From Callorhinchus milii (lineage: Eukaryota): a stretch of 64,000 nucleotides of DNA. Positions 11,095 to 26,300 of this stretch are shown here, in pieces. Position numbers and translations under genes: made by a program. The stretch is from NCBI RefSeq assembly GCF_018977255.1, contig NW_024704743.1, positions 59,584,001 through 59,648,000 of the forward strand, written 5' to 3'. How positions within the stretch are numbered: position 1 is the first letter of the stretch; every line of letters begins with the position of its first letter. The notes below the pieces were generated by a model. The model searched no databases, was not told the DNA's origin, and saw only the letters and a list, made by a program, of their open reading frames with translations.

Positions 11095-11525
11095 AGGAGT
11101 TGTTTAACAATCCCCTTTTGAAATGTGAACAAACAGGATTTACAGGCCCAAAAATGTTTCTTCACCCAAGCACCTATGAGAATTTGGATACATGTAAAAT
11201 CAATTGAGGTGTTAACAGGGAGATATACAGATACTTGGGAAGTGAGTCTATTAAAAAACGTGGAAAAAAGGCAGGGAAAAGGGAATAAAAGAGCTACCTG
11301 AAGTAATAAGTTGGGGAAACAAGCTAAATGGATGGAATAGCCTACTTTTTGTTCCTGTTTCAAAATAGTTTCTCATAAGATAATTAAAATACGATAATTA
11401 TTTGGGGAGGACAAGTTTGCAGGCCTATGGGGAGAGAGCGGGGGAGTGGGATTGATTTGGATAGCTCTTTTAAAAGATACAATGGGCCAAATGGCCTCCT
11501 CCTGTGCAGTATAATTCTATGATGA
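11095..11525 (+). mobile_element. CR1 LINE 3' fragments
   Basis: TATGGGGAGAGAGCGGGGGAGTGGG...ATGGGCCAAATGGCCTCCTCCTGTGC...ATTCTATGAT matches the 3' end of the CR1 at 29290-29410. Confidence 0.7.
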
Positions 11526-13994
11526 CTCATAGATGTAGGTTAATTGCAATGTAGGGTTTCAAAGTATTATATCTGCAGATGTGCTTTGAAAGAGAAAGAT
11601 TGATCAACTTTGTTTTGGTCAGTCAAGTGTGTGATACATGCAGAAACCCATATTACCATGCTTAAGAATATCCAAGCCAAACAAAGTTCTACACTGTACC
11701 ATCTACACATTGAATGTAGAAAGGTTTACCACAGAGCTGGAGAGATCAACATTTCTCTGCAATAGGCTGATCAAGCTGCTATGCATTTCCAGCATTTTTT
11801 ATTTCCAATTTCCATCATTTTATGTAGTATGTTGATTATACTTCCATTGACTACCAATATCTGTCCTGTTTTACCTCAATTACTGATGACATAGAATGTG
11901 TTTGCAAGTCACTGGAGTGGCAACTGGACATGCTGAGGGAAGTAATTTGGGTGAGATAGAGCAGATGGTGCTGCTTCTGTAGATTTGATCCACATGTGTA
12001 GCATGCTTTACAAAAGGGCTATATTGCGACCAAACTGGCTTCTATCTTTAATGGGGGACTTGGTGGACTTCTGTTGAGTACAGGTAAGTCTTGTTTGTTC
12101 ATACTGCAAACAGACTTGGGGTATTCCTTCAATATGTTGCAATGACTATTTCTTGTTCCAAGCTCTATTGTGTTCTTAAAAGCTGAGTGAAAATAGACAG
12201 GATCACTAACATTTTAACTGGTTGCAAAGCGCATGAAGGCAGTAATGTACTGCATTATTGCATACAATAATGCTTTTTGGGCAATATTTATCTTTTAGAG
12301 TGAGATTGCCTCAGTCTTTTTTTTAATTCCTCATCTTTTACTATCTAATAGAGCTGAAGCTTTGCAAGGTACCTGGTAGTGTAACAGAACCAAACGTTTT
12401 GTTACCCTCTCTTCATAACCCTTAGTTATCCAAATATTTTGCTAACATTTGTTTAACGTTTCTTGCGTAGAATGTTACAGTGTAGAAACAAGCCATTTTA
12501 CCTATCAAGTCTGCACTGATGTTTTTCTCCACATGAATCTTAACCCACTATCTTGCTCTCTCCCCTTAACCTTTAATAATCCTCTTTTTAAAGTATCTAT
12601 CTATTTCCCTTTAAAGGAATTTATGGACTCTGCTTAAAGAATGGTTTGAATTGCACATTCCAACCTCCCTCTGTGTAAAGAATGGAAACATGCACTTACA
12701 ATATTGGCCTTGGCTAACGGGCTGACTATCAGGCACCGTGACTAAGTCTGGCAATCTTTTCTATCACCAACTAAATGAGTAACTGAATGAATGTTACAAT
12801 ATTAGCACCTCACAGGTAGGAAACATTTGGCTTCACATAAAGGATCATTCCATTAAAATAGGCAAGGGAAAGTAAAAACAGAAGTTAATCAACAGCTGGA
12901 ATAGGTTAACAGAAAGGGTGATTGTGGCTTAAAGTACTGGACTTGTTTAAAAGCAGCCCAATGCTGTAATGGTAGGGCTGGTATTCTGGAAGGATTAAAT
13001 CAAATGGGATGAAGACCTTCTTCATCTAACTTCTTTTGTAATGTAATCTCAGTTCTCTTTATTAGAGAATTCATTTTTACATGTATTCCAAGAGATCAGT
13101 TTGAAGTTCTTATACATTGCTCTGAATGAAGTGTGTCATCTTTGGGATATCTGTCACTATGGGGAGCAAAGATGGAAATGAGAAGCTCACACAATCTCAG
13201 AATTATGATTTTGCTTATAATTGAGAGAAGGGAAAAACTTGAATTTGTAGATTGTCATCTTTTGTCAAGCCAAAACCAGACTGGGATTGAAATCTGAGGT
13301 TATGCCTTCCTGATGATTGCCTCCGTATTATAAAACCAAAGTTAATGTGGGAGAAAATCCTTGTTGTTAATAAAATATACAGATGCTGCTTCTAATTGCC
13401 TAGTCGGTAAAGGTGCCAACTAGTGTTGCTCTAATACCATTAGCTGAAGGTTACAAGTTTGAAGCTGTGCTGAGTTACCTGATCTTAGGTGGCATTTGGG
13501 CATGGGGAAGAAGTGTAGAATGGCTATAGCTGCCTTGTGTTAGGGAATGACAATCAGCCACTCTTCTTAACTAGTAGTCGCTGTTTGAGGTGTAAGTCTT
13601 TCGTGCTTCAATGTGATAAAGTCCTATAAAACTGTGAACTTGTTCTATAAGTAAGGGCACCTGTACTCCCCTCTACACATGTGTTTCTACAACTCTACAT
13701 TTATTCAGTTGATGAGAACTATATTGCAAATAATCAATGTCTTTGTATAGGGGCATGTGGCATAATATTCCTGTCTGTCTTTGTGTGTATGTGTGTTGAG
13801 AATAGTACACTATATTTAATGATAGAAAACTATGTACACTATGATCTGAAATAAAAACAAGATGGTAAAAATGTCCAATTTAATTTGCAACTGAGAGAGA
13901 AAGATTTAAGTTAATGTTTTAGGTGTGACCCTCATCTGAGCAGTTGGGTGTGAAACAATGTCGCTCACTGTACATTTGCAGCATATCTCTTTTT

Positions 13995-14472
13995 TTCTCC
14001 GTGACTCTATCACCCCCATCCTCGCCCAACTCCATTGGCTTCCCATCACACAGAGGATACAGTTCAAGATCCTGGTCCTCACCTTCAAAGCACTCCATGG
14101 TCTTGCTCCCCCCTAACACTGCAACCTTCTAACCCTCTATCATCTTGTTCGGTCCCTCCACTCAGCGGGCTCCGCCCTGCTTCACGTACCCTGCTTTGTT
14201 CGCCCCACAATTGGTGGGCAAGCCTTCTGCCACTTTGCACCACTCTCTGAAACTCCATTCCGCAGTCCCTCCATCTCACCCCTTCCTTCGCCATCTTCAA
14301 GAGCCACCTCAAGACCCTCCTCTTTGACCGTGCTTTTGATCTCCCTGCTTCCCCCGCCTGCCTTCCCCCCTCCTCCACCCCAACTCTCAGGTCTGGTCCG
14401 TAACTCTGTCTGTCCAGCACTTTGGGACGTCCTCCCGCTATGAAAGGCGCTATATAAATGTAATTTTGGTGG
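13995..14472 (+). mobile_element. L2 LINE 3' fragment
   Basis: ILAQLHWLPITQRIQFKILVLTFKAL frame. Tail GCACTTTGGGACGTCCTCCCGCTATGAAAGGCGCTATATAAATG. Confidence 0.85.
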
Positions 14473-14763
14473 TAAAGGGATGATAATTTTTTTATCATAA
14501 TATTGTCTTCTGATAGAGCACATACCATATTAGAGGCGTGAGTTGATTTTTCAACTCAAGCCATTAAATCAAATGGAGATGTAATGTGTGGGTTTACAGC
14601 AGCTGATAACTATTAATACTATGGGTCGTTTAAAATAATATCCATTTGCCAGTGAGCATGAGTATTTAAATTGAAAAAAACCCACACTTGGCTACAGATT
14701 TACAAATCTGAATTGCTCTGAGATGCTAGCTTTATAAATGCACAAGTCATTGTTGTTTTCCAG

Positions 14764-14908
14764 TAAGGCTGGTATTGGCGAAATGTTTGAAGGTCACCAG
14801 GGTCCGGTGACTGGTATCAATTGTCATATGGCTGTGGGGCAGATCGATTTTTCCCATCTCTTTGTCACCTCTTCATTCGACTGGACTGTGAAATTGTGGA
14901 CTACAAAG
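14764..14908 (+). CDS. DYNC1I1: DYNC1I1 coding exon (~exon 14), (S)[48 protein letters not shown]
   Basis: ttttccAG at 14762-14763, GTAAGA at 14909, 145 bp. The first base completes the AG|T Ser codon. Confidence 0.96.
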
Positions 14909-15819
14909 GTAAGAATAACTCTCGTATTGCTAACTCTTTCATGTTTGAGGATTCATGCCTGCTTTGTACTTTACTTTCTGTAGCCTCGGCCTTTTACTAA
15001 TATTGTGCATCACAAATCCAGACTGGCTGTGTCAAAGCCAGCTCTTTCCCCAATTGATTTGGAGATGCACAGATTCATGAAAACTCAAGCAGCCTTGCAA
15101 TATGATGTGCTTGCACAGCAGGACTATTTGTTTGCTTTCTGATGTTTTTATAATCCTAAAAATTCTGCAGATGTTTTATTTTGAGAAACACAAAGTGCCA
15201 TGGGTCTATCAGTTCAACTGATGAGCTTTTTATTGTTACAAATAGTTTGGGGCATCCCAGACTGAAAAAAGTTAATGTTTAGTGACTGATTCTTTCACTC
15301 TACAGCTTCTCCCCACCCCTTGTAAATGTTGAGTTTCATTTCAGGAGTTTGCTTTGGTTTTAGGCAGTGTCAAAACTTGAAATCTCAGTGTATCTGAGTC
15401 GTAATTGGAGGAACTTTCACCTCCTGCGGGCACTTCATGTCAGCATGACTGACTCCTGTCTCAGTGTAATGCAGACGTGGACTTGATTTTGTAACACATA
15501 AATTTCCCACAGCTTCTGCAAAAAAAAATGCTGCAAATTGGTAGCACCTCATGCAGATTAGATATCGTTAAACTGAGGTCCTGTTTGCCTGTGCTGCAGG
15601 TGAATGTTTTAAGATCCAATGACACTATTTGAAAAGAGAATGGAGTTTCTCTGGGTGTCAGCAGTCCTCCAGGTGATTTTGTTATCCAGCTCCTGGTTGA
15701 CTATTGGGCTCTTGCTATTATTTGGTATCAAAAAAGTGCTTCTGCATAAAAAACCTTCAAATCAGTGGTACCTCATGCAGACTAGATATCATTAAACTAA
15801 GGTCTTATTCCAGCTACCT

Positions 15820-16120
15820 GGTAAATTGGTAACAGGGAAGCTGGAGAAGAAAACAGGGCTGGCATACTTTCAGAATTGCTTCTGAAAGAGTTAAGGGAAG
15901 TGGTTAGAAGAAACTTGAAACTTCCTTTTATTAGAACACAAAAAGCTTTGCTACCAGTGGCTATTGAGCCTGCGAATATATCATTTAAAAGGAATTAGGA
16001 AAACATTTGAAGCAGAATAACATAAAAGGGTATGGGGAAAGTGTAGGAAATTAGTGTTCAACTAGTTAACTTGAGTGCACCAACATAGGCTTGATGGACT
16101 GAATGGTCTCTTCCTATGAG
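15820..16120 (+). mobile_element. Decayed CR1 3' fragment
   Basis: TCATTTAAAAGGAATTAG...GGGTATGGGGAAAG...GATGGACTGAATGGTCTCTTCC. Confidence 0.6.
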
Positions 16121-18956
16121 TGGAGTTTTTTAAGGGGCTTTCAGCTTTCTCTGGCTTTAAAATGGGAGAAAAGTTGCAAATTCCCCTCCTTGTTTTGAAA
16201 CACGCAGCTCTTGCATTTACAACAAGTTTTTTGAGATTCAAGCTTTATATGTTTTGATGGATGTTAGCCATGCTATTAAGTGAAAGATAGTCAAATGCAC
16301 ATTGAAAGATTAGCAAGAAACTAATGCACCCCCATAGCAAGTACTTTATGACTGCCAAAGGGGAGCAACAATATACAGCATGTCCATACACATCCAGTAA
16401 GTGCACCATTGTAGCTGAAGAACTGTGTGGTGGGAGGAGAATTACACAAAATAAATCTACCCCCTCGGGTGGATAGGGAGGGGAAACATTCCATGGAACA
16501 ATGTTTAAAAATTTAGATGATGCAAACTTTTATAATGAAAATCAGGTGTCAAATCCCAAATTTACATGTTGCTTCTGTATGTATCTTTCCCGCTTCCATA
16601 CTGTTTCTGGAACTGAAGTGGAAAATTGAAGTGTTGTTATTAAAGCATGCCTTATGTGGGCTTTCTTGTTAACCCACCTCCTCTCAGTGGTTGACTGGTT
16701 AACGCCCTGGATGTTCAGCTATCTGTCATAACACATTCTTCCCTTTTCTTGCCAAACACTTTGATTTTCTCACATCAGAAAACCAGTCATTCCATTTGTT
16801 GTTTTGACTCATTTATCAAACTCAGTCGTAAAGAATGTGTTGCCTTAAAGAACAAGCCACAAACATGTAATCAGCTTGTATTATCTTCAGACTGAATTTA
16901 TTGCAAACACTATTTTTAAGCAATTCCAAATGGGATTGTTGGATTGGGTTTTTCCTTCAAGTGCATTTGCGTTTCAACTGAATCAGCAGATTGCTAAGCA
17001 GATTGCAAATCAGTTCTCCTCTACTGTACATATTATTGGCTTAAAAACTATTTTGAGTTGTTGCTGACCAGTTATATCATTTGTGCAACCTGCTTGAGTT
17101 CAGGTAATTTGCTTAACCATAGCACCTGTACAATTTCAGAGCTATTGGAATGAACAATATTTATACTGATTTCAATTTAGTTCTGGGACCTCAGCTTTTT
17201 TTTAAAGCCAAGGTTTGACAAGTTTTCAGCTACTTGTTCCTCCCTCCCTGCTATCAAAATCTGTCTAAAAACTTACCCTTTGACTGTGTGTTTGGTCAGC
17301 TCTCGCCTCACCCTCCATTTTCTACTTGCTTGGACTCCAACTCCGTCAGTGAAGAGTGCTCTGAGACTTTTCTCCTAAGTGAAAGGTGCAAGTTGTTGTT
17401 TAACAGACAAGTTGACACAAATAAAACAATACAGAGTACAATTTTTTTTACCCTGATTGGAAATGTAAATTGTGAACTGTTCTATTTGATTCCTTACATC
17501 ATAGTGATATTTTATGTATGCATTATTGTTGATTCTCAAATTAAAACAATTTGCAGTTTGCAATAAATGAGTCATACTTCAAATATTTTTGCAAAGCTAT
17601 GTTGCTGATACTTGAAAGAGGTTTGATCTGCAGGTTTGATGCAATTTTGTCTATACTTAGTGAAAATGTCACTCTGTCAGATTGTGCTCTTTACTAATCT
17701 GTGTTAAACGGCCCTGCCCCCACCCCCCCCCCACACCAAAAAAAAATGGTTTCATAGAATGTCTTATGTGCACAACCTGTCAGATATTGTCCTCCTTTGG
17801 ACTCCAAATGTCCAAATGTTGCATCTTGTAATCGACTGATGAATAATAAGCAGAAAGTAACATTCCCTTGTGTAAACATTGGACATTTATTCAAAAATCT
17901 AGGGATTTCTGTCACCAAATACCAGGGTAACAGCTGATTATAAGGAGCTGACCATACACACCATTTTGTGTGTTGTCATACAATCCATTATTGTTTCTAT
18001 AGCTGCCAAATGCAAACTCAACTTATAATTAGTTTGTTTACGTGTCCAGAATCAGTTCCCATGCAAGAAAATAGATTCTGCAGTCATTTAGTATCAAACT
18101 CTTATTAGAGATGGAAATGTTACCTTTGTGGTCCAGAAAATAATTCATGCAGTGCAATCAATGTTCGAAGAACCCTTCTGTGTATTGTATTCTGCTTTGT
18201 GATGGTAGGAGGGTGATTTTTTTCTTCACCAAAACGAATTTGGGGAGGTTTTAGGTTGCAGTGGAGGTCAACAAAGAGTTAATGCCACTGCTGTCTAAAC
18301 ACGGATTACACAGATAGAATTGTGCTGCGTCATTTGTCCACAGATACAGTTACTCCATTTCACAGCAAATTCCTGTGAAGCGCTTTGAGACGTCCTTTCA
18401 ACATTATAAGACTCTCTACCAAATGCAAGGATTATTTATTATAAGGCATTGAACTAAGTATGTCTGGTGAAGCGGAGCAGTATGGATCTAAATGTTAAAT
18501 TATTTTAGCAAATGGGCAAAAAAATGGCATATATGACTCCCACTAAGACGTAAACATGTAGGGAGGCAGAGAGAGATCATTTTCATTTAAATGTTTTGTG
18601 ATAAAGAATGATAGCTAGCAGCAATGACCGGTACATTCAACTGTGAAGTTGAACAATTTGCCGTAGCCGTTCAGTTAGTCCTCATAGCTACCCACCTTGT
18701 AAATAAAATATCTGGAGTGGAGATAATCAGAAGAGGTTATGTGGCCACCAGGGAAATGGTTTGCATCAGTTACTGCTGCATATGCTTTTCCTCACTAGAT
18801 GGCACTCTGTATCTATCATGGCATGCTATTATCTCAAGGCTTGCATTTCAACTGACTCATTCACTTGAAGAATCCCATAATCCTTGGCAGGTTTACCGCA
18901 GCTTGATTCATTTGTACATGTAACCTCCTACTTGTCCTGAATGAATTGTGAGCTAA

Positions 18957-19469
<513 letters not shown>

Positions 19470-20689
19470 TGAAAATAAATTAAGAAATTACTTGAATTTT
19501 ATCTGATCTGCGTCATAAAACACAACTTAAGATTTCATTAGGGAGGCAATACCATGGTTATTTAAATTTGCATTTTGCATAATAATCTCAACATTTTACA
19601 AATTCACAATTTACCTCATTGACTTGCTCTGAGGGTGAGAGGGGAATGGGAAAATATAATTCATAAAAATTGTTCAGTTTTTCCCATTTAATATTTTGAC
19701 AAACATGAAACCAAGATAAGTAGGATTAGTTTTTAAAAAATATTTGTTCTTGTTTGGATTATATATAGTTCACAAATCATTTTGATTATTTGTTCTCTAA
19801 TGTCACTGATATTGACTATAAATAAAAAATGTGGGCACGTAAGTCATTTCAAGCTGGATGTCAGTGGACTGCAGATGAAAAAATCTTTTGAAGTGTCCAC
19901 AGCAGGAAGCAGAGCAGCCTTTTTAATTATAAACCACACAGCTGCAGGATATGAGCAGGGAGAGCTGTTTCTAGATTAACCATGTTTCAAGAAGGAGTTG
20001 AACATTGTCAGGTATTTTATTTGTTTGGGAAATCCATGTACATACCAAGTTTAGACAGATTACCACAAACGTTCAGTTTTGCTTGATGAGAAGCTCCCAT
20101 TGATCCTTTTTTTTACTTTAAGCATTTAACCATTTCAGTTCCAGAATTGCTCTACAGAATTCCAACTTTTTGTTTTCAATCCCTCCTGAATCTTCAATCA
20201 TTCAAAATGATCCTGGTGTGTATTCTGGTGCCTTGGAGTACACATTATCCCAGAATAAATATGTTTGAAATTTACTCTGATAAAAATGTTACAAACTCAC
20301 TCCCTATATGTTTAAAATACTGGGAAATTGGAATGTACGTGGACCGGAAAAGATCATTGTGAGCCATCTGCCTGCATCCAAAGTGTAAAAAAAAAAGCTA
20401 TCCATTTCTAATATAAACATTACCACTAAGGTACCATTTTGTTGCCAGCTGCATATCCTCAGTTTGGTTGGAAATATCTACTCTAACCTCCTTCAGAGGG
20501 AATGTGTTGCTTTTTTAAATTCTATGCAGTTAGGGCAAACTTTATTATTGCAGCATTAAAGAAATGTGGACCTCAACACAGTGGGCTTTTGTATTTTCTA
20601 GTGTGAAGCTCAATGTGGCTATTGGGCAAGCTGCTGCCCGTGGTGAAAGCTGGTGAAATATGACATTTTAACTATCAAGATCATTTAGC

Positions 20690-21110
20690 TGTGATGAGAG
20701 CTTGGATAGACTAGGGTTATATTCCTTAGAGCAGACAAGTTTATGAGGTGATTTGATTGAAGTGGCTAAAATAATGAAAGGATTCGACAGGTTAGATAGT
20801 TGGATGACTCTTCCCTCTGGTCCGGCTTCATGTCCCACCATTGGTAGTTGGGGTCTGTCTATTGTGAAGATGTGGAATGCTCTGTCCTAGAAAGCTCTCG
20901 AGGCAGAATCAATAGGGATGCTACCAAATACAGTCACCACATTTTGAGATGTCGTGACATGAAAGGCACTATATTAAAAGCAAGTCAGCTATTTAGATAA
21001 TAGAGACATTAAGGGGGATGGGAGAGGGCGGGGAATTATGATGAAAAGATCTACCAAGATCTACTAAACTGGTGGAACAGGTTCGTCAGCTTTCTCTTGT
21101 TCTGGTTTAT
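20690..21110 (+). mobile_element. Decayed CR1 3' fragment with SINE/L2 tail inserted (~20925-20985)
   Basis: LGLYSLEQ..L.GDLIEV.KIMKGFDR-like remnant, the same region as the 28625 ORF. Confidence 0.65.
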
Positions 21111-23306
21111 CGATATTTATTTTGTTCCTATTAACTGCTAGAGTTTAATTCAAGACACCAAACGATTGGAATGAATGGTTTGCATGAAAGGTGTTAGCCA
21201 GATCACCACATTGATGAGTAAAGAAGAAAGTGTTGTTTTTCCATTAAAGTATTCCTTCAGTGGCTTGACCAACTCAATTCTTTTTTAGATTTTTCAAAAT
21301 CTCTTTGCTTTCATTCAATGTGTAATTAATTCCTTTCTCTCTCTCTGTCCCAGAGCATGTACCTGTGACTCAGGCAGATGGGCAACTGCTCACACAACAT
21401 TGCCTGGGTCAATTTAGAGATAGTAAGCTCCTCCAAGTCTTGATCACTTCTCCTCCAATCTTCCCTACCCATCTGCACCCACTTGACACAGCACCACAGT
21501 TTAGATCAAGAACATTGAGGAACATTCAAGGCTGTCCTGCCATTTTAATCTCCATAATACCCTAATTTTCCAAGTATTTACGTCTACCTTTTCAATATTC
21601 TCTAGAGATTCTACATTCACGCCTTCTGGATATTGCACTCCACATTTGTAGACTCTTTGTGTGAAGAAGTGTCTTAGAAAGATAATCGTTGCATTTTTAA
21701 GTGCCGGGAGTATGTCTCCAGCGTTTTAAAGTCATTAGGAGCAGGGATTCTGTCCACTTCGCTCCCGTTAAACCTAAGCCCTAATGAGTGGGGTAGTCCT
21801 AGCTGGATAAGGAGCAGGACACTTGCCAGATAGTGCTCTCTATGGTAAAGTATGTGTTTAAGCTGGTTAAATTCCCAGCAGTACCCCAACACAACCTCTG
21901 GGGTTCCCAAGCTTTGACTCTTGTCAACCTGCACCTAATATTCTACAGAAAATTAAATAAGTAGCTTGAGTCATTTCAGGGAGCGAGTGAGCATTCCGTT
22001 CTAGACACAGAAAAAAACCCACAGATCTTGATTGATATCATGACCAAGCTAATAAACTCAGCATAATGGGGGGAGAATTATGGGTTTAACCTTTGATACC
22101 ACCACTCTACAAAGCAATATGTCACACACGTGTTGTTCACTACAGGTCTCTGTATATGGTATACATTGTTCAGTGTCAATGACCCACATACTGTACATTT
22201 TCTTCTCAACTTAATGATTTGAACATCATAATAATATTTTTCAGACTAGATCTAAGACACATTGTTGGTGGTAGAACAGTAACTACTACTATTTACTCGA
22301 GGGCTTATTTAAGGTCATTCACTTTGTATGACTGCTTGTTGGATTTTCTGTGCACAAATTGGCTGTTGTGGTTGCCTTCAAATACAGCCAACATACTTCA
22401 CAGTAAATCGTATGAAGCGTTTTGAGATGTTTCAATGACGCAATAGGGTGCTGTATCAAATGCAAGGAATTATTATGTGTTGCTTATGCAGTCAGCCTGA
22501 AATGGACAAATCATTCCATAATTCCATTAACATTATTCATTAACAGTTAATTTAAAAAATCTTAAAAATGAAATTAGTTGGTCAGAGAAGGCACTGATTT
22601 ATCAGTTTCCAAATTATCCCTTCTTGTTGGTGTGTTTGAGGGCTTCCGTGTCGAGCAATAAAATCTTCTGAAAACACAACATTTTTCAGTAATCTTATCT
22701 GCGTAAATGCAAATTTGATAAATTTTTTTTACTCTTCTCCGCCCTCCCCCCACCTCAACAACTTTGGCTTGTACGAGTCTAATGGGATTTTCAGTTTTGT
22801 TCTATTCCCCCACTCTTTGCTGTCTCAGTTTATCACACATAATAGGATCTGAATGTCATTATTATGAACATAAAAAAATCACTTAAATGTTCAGTATTTT
22901 TTGTAGCTGACCTATAAATAAGACTTGACGGCAGTTTTCCTAATTGTTGCAAATTGAGATCTGACGAACAAAGATAAAGGATGCAGTGGAGTATGTTTCA
23001 TACAATTGTCAGCTCTCAAAAAAAATCTATCCTGTTTATCTGATTTCTGTATTTAATTTCACCAAACTGAATCAAAAGTGATACTGGCATTCTTTTTGTC
23101 TCTTTAAACTTTGCCTCTCAAAGCAAATGTAGAAGCCTAAAATTGAGTTGCAGCATAATAGCGATTCAGGAGCTTCCTGTTTATGAATTACTGTAGTAAG
23201 TTTTACTACCAGGTTACACTGTTTATTTTCCGATTGGAAAGTGTTTTGACTAATAAATGTCAATTACTGAAGTCGGAACTACTTTGCTCTATTTTTGCCG
23301 CTTTAG

Positions 23307-23432
23307 GTACCGACAGCTAGTGCAACTATTGAGGGTACATCTGCACTGAATAGGGTGAGATGGGCACAGACTGGACGAGAAGTGTCAGTAGGAGACTCAG
23401 AAGGACACGTATGGGTTTATGACGTCGGAGAG
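23307..23432 (+). CDS. DYNC1I1: DYNC1I1 coding exon (~exon 16), [42 protein letters not shown]
   Basis: tttAG at 23305-23306, GTAATG at 23433, 126 bp, phase 0/0. Translated by hand. Confidence 0.95.
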
Positions 23433-26109
23433 GTAATGTAACAATATGAAGGTTTACCATAAACCTGTTTCTAAAACATTTTAATATTGGAAAATTTTAT
23501 TTCATTATTTTAATAGTTTGATGGATCTTTTGCTTTCTGTTGTGTATCTCTGAGTACTGATCAATCTTCTTAATTCTCATCTAAATGCCTTGCAGTTTTA
23601 CATATCATTGCTAATATTGTGTTCCACCTAACAGGCAGGTTCAAGGTCAAAGTGGCTTTCGTGTTTCACTGAGCTTTTCTTTAATAATTGTAATTTTTGT
23701 TCTGTATGATTCAACATTATTTTCTGGTAGCCAACTGCAGATATTTGATTTCATTTGATAAACAATTCATCACATCAATAGCAAATCCTCAATGCGGACA
23801 TGCAGCACACTGGATGTCAGGTTTATGTAACATTTCACGCACCCCAAAAAAGACGGAAAACCCTCAAGATTGTTCTAATCAAATTAGTCATCTCCTCTCA
23901 ATGACATGGTTCACTGCTATATACACTTAAGCTTCACTGAATCCCAAGATGAGGATTGCTGCCTAGTAATTCTTCACAAGTATTTTTAATCTTTCTCCTA
24001 CTGATGGAGAACTAAACGTTCTCTTCTCAGCCCTTTCATCTTTTCTCTCTCCCCTCCCTCCACCACATAAAATTGGAAATTATAGTCTCCTTGGTCAGTT
24101 GATAGAAGAACTTTTATATTGACCAATTCTTTTGATATTTTTAAATACAATACAATTAAAAATAAAATTATAGGCACATTAACATCAAATAAATAGAGTT
24201 AATGCACGATAGAACGTTCAAGGGGAAAACACTGTTTTCTCTGTAATTCAAGTTGTGTTCAGTCGTATTTTGTAACTGGTAAACCATAAGAAATATTACA
24301 TATATATTAGCAGCACAAATGCTCTTAAAATCTATATTAATTTCTTTTAAAACACTCATTTGGCATATGATTAATAAATTGAGAGAAAAATAACCTTGGC
24401 TAAAAGCTTTTTTTCTCAAACTGGAATGTGAGATAAAATAGCAATTCTATTAGTAAAATATTAATTAACATTAATTATTTTATTATATTATACAATTAAT
24501 AATAATAAACATTAATTAATAATAAAATAGAAATTACACATTTGAAAATGTTGATTTATTAAGGTTTCTGATTAGTATCGTACAATCATTTGAATAAATG
24601 AAAGAAAAAGCAATAAGCAGTAATTTCATTGCAGAAAAAAACATGAACATAATTTTTGAAATATATATTTAAACTTTTTTTTAAAGGAACTTGTCCCCAA
24701 AATCCAATATTTTTAGCACTGAAATATAGAGTGTTTCTCCAAAAGACCCAGCTGAAAGCTCTAGCTTTCTACAGTACATCACTGTTGCATTTCTATCAAC
24801 CTCGCTGTTTTGCTGAGACCCAGATGAAGGGGTTTAAAATATTCTGAAAGCACTTGTTGTGTTTTACTTAGCACATTTATATAAAAAAAAGTTGAAGGCA
24901 ATCTATTATTGTTCTTGAGTACATTAACGTTCATGTGTTCAAATAAAATGAAATGTGCTGAGAAGCAAAATAAGCTTGAACTGGAGATGTTTGAACATTC
25001 AATGAACATTTTTTTTAATTGTTAACCTGTCATAAAGGATTGATTCAGAACATTTTAATTACAGCGTTTAAATTAAAAATGTTTTAAAAGGTTTTGAACC
25101 TAGCCGCTTTCACTGAATTCACGTTCTCTGTTGAATATTGTACATCAGCTGTACCCCACTATACACCCACACAGCAGTCACATTCACTTATTTCCCCTTT
25201 CCTACCACAAGATAAAATATCCAGAAGAATATAAAAGTAAAATCCTTAAAGGACTTCAGAGTCATTAGAATTGGGACCACATTCACGAATACAATACTGA
25301 TGTTTTCAACATGCTTTACACAAAGGTATGCTTTCTCAAACATGTTTTTTGCATGAAGACTCCCTGAAGCCAATACTATTCTAGTTAATCATAACCTGGT
25401 GTCATTGCATCTCACAGACTCCGGTGCTACAAACTGTCATAGCTCTAATTTAGCCAAAACAAAAATAATTCCTAGCTACTTCTGCATCTTTGTTTGGAAA
25501 ATAAAGTGGAGAAAGAGGAAAGATTGGCTTGAGTGAATGTTAAGGTTAACTAACTGGTGGCAGAAAAAAGTTGAAAACTGTTTCCGTAGTTGTTAATAAT
25601 TTTAAATATAAATAAATGCTCCATTTTGGTCATCTTCCTTGAAAACTAAGCCAGTTAGAATGACACAATTAAGTGTGTATCCCCCAGTTGATGTTGACAA
25701 ATAAAACCCTTTCTTATAAATACTGAAATAATCCTATTTTAACACATTATAAATGATAGTTTTGTTTCTAAAATTATTGTAACATTTATTTGATTATTTG
25801 TAAATTTTTGTTATTTAGAAATTATCTTTTTATTTTATACCTCTGGTAAGGTATACCTTACCGTGAACATCAGTGTGCTCGTGGATGTTTTTTATGAAAC
25901 TCTTTATTTCTTTAAAAAATCACCTGACCTTGTATTTTAATTGAAAACTTAGCTACTAATGGGGAGCTCATTCGGTCAAAAAATAATTTCACACAGTTTA
26001 TCTGAAGTTTACTCTTCTGTGCAGTATTTAGTTCCTACAAATCATTATTGCATAATAGACATTTTTTTAAAAAATTGTCCAAATAATGTGGCAGAAATAA
26101 TTCATTCTA

Positions 26110-26300
26110 ATATAATGAAATAATAATAATAATTTGGTCACAGTTGTTTGTGAGACACTGCTGTGTGCAATTGGCTGCCATGGTTCGCCCACGAAATATA
26201 GTCAATTCTCTTTGCAGTATATTCTGTGAGACGTCTTGAAGATGTGATAAGCGCTATATCAAATGCAAGGGTATATCAAATGCTATACATTATTATTGTT
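26110..26300 (+). mobile_element. SINE 3' half (same family as 5639)
   Basis: GACACTGCTGTGTGCAATTGGCTGCC...GCGCTATATCAAATGCAAGG. Confidence 0.8.
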
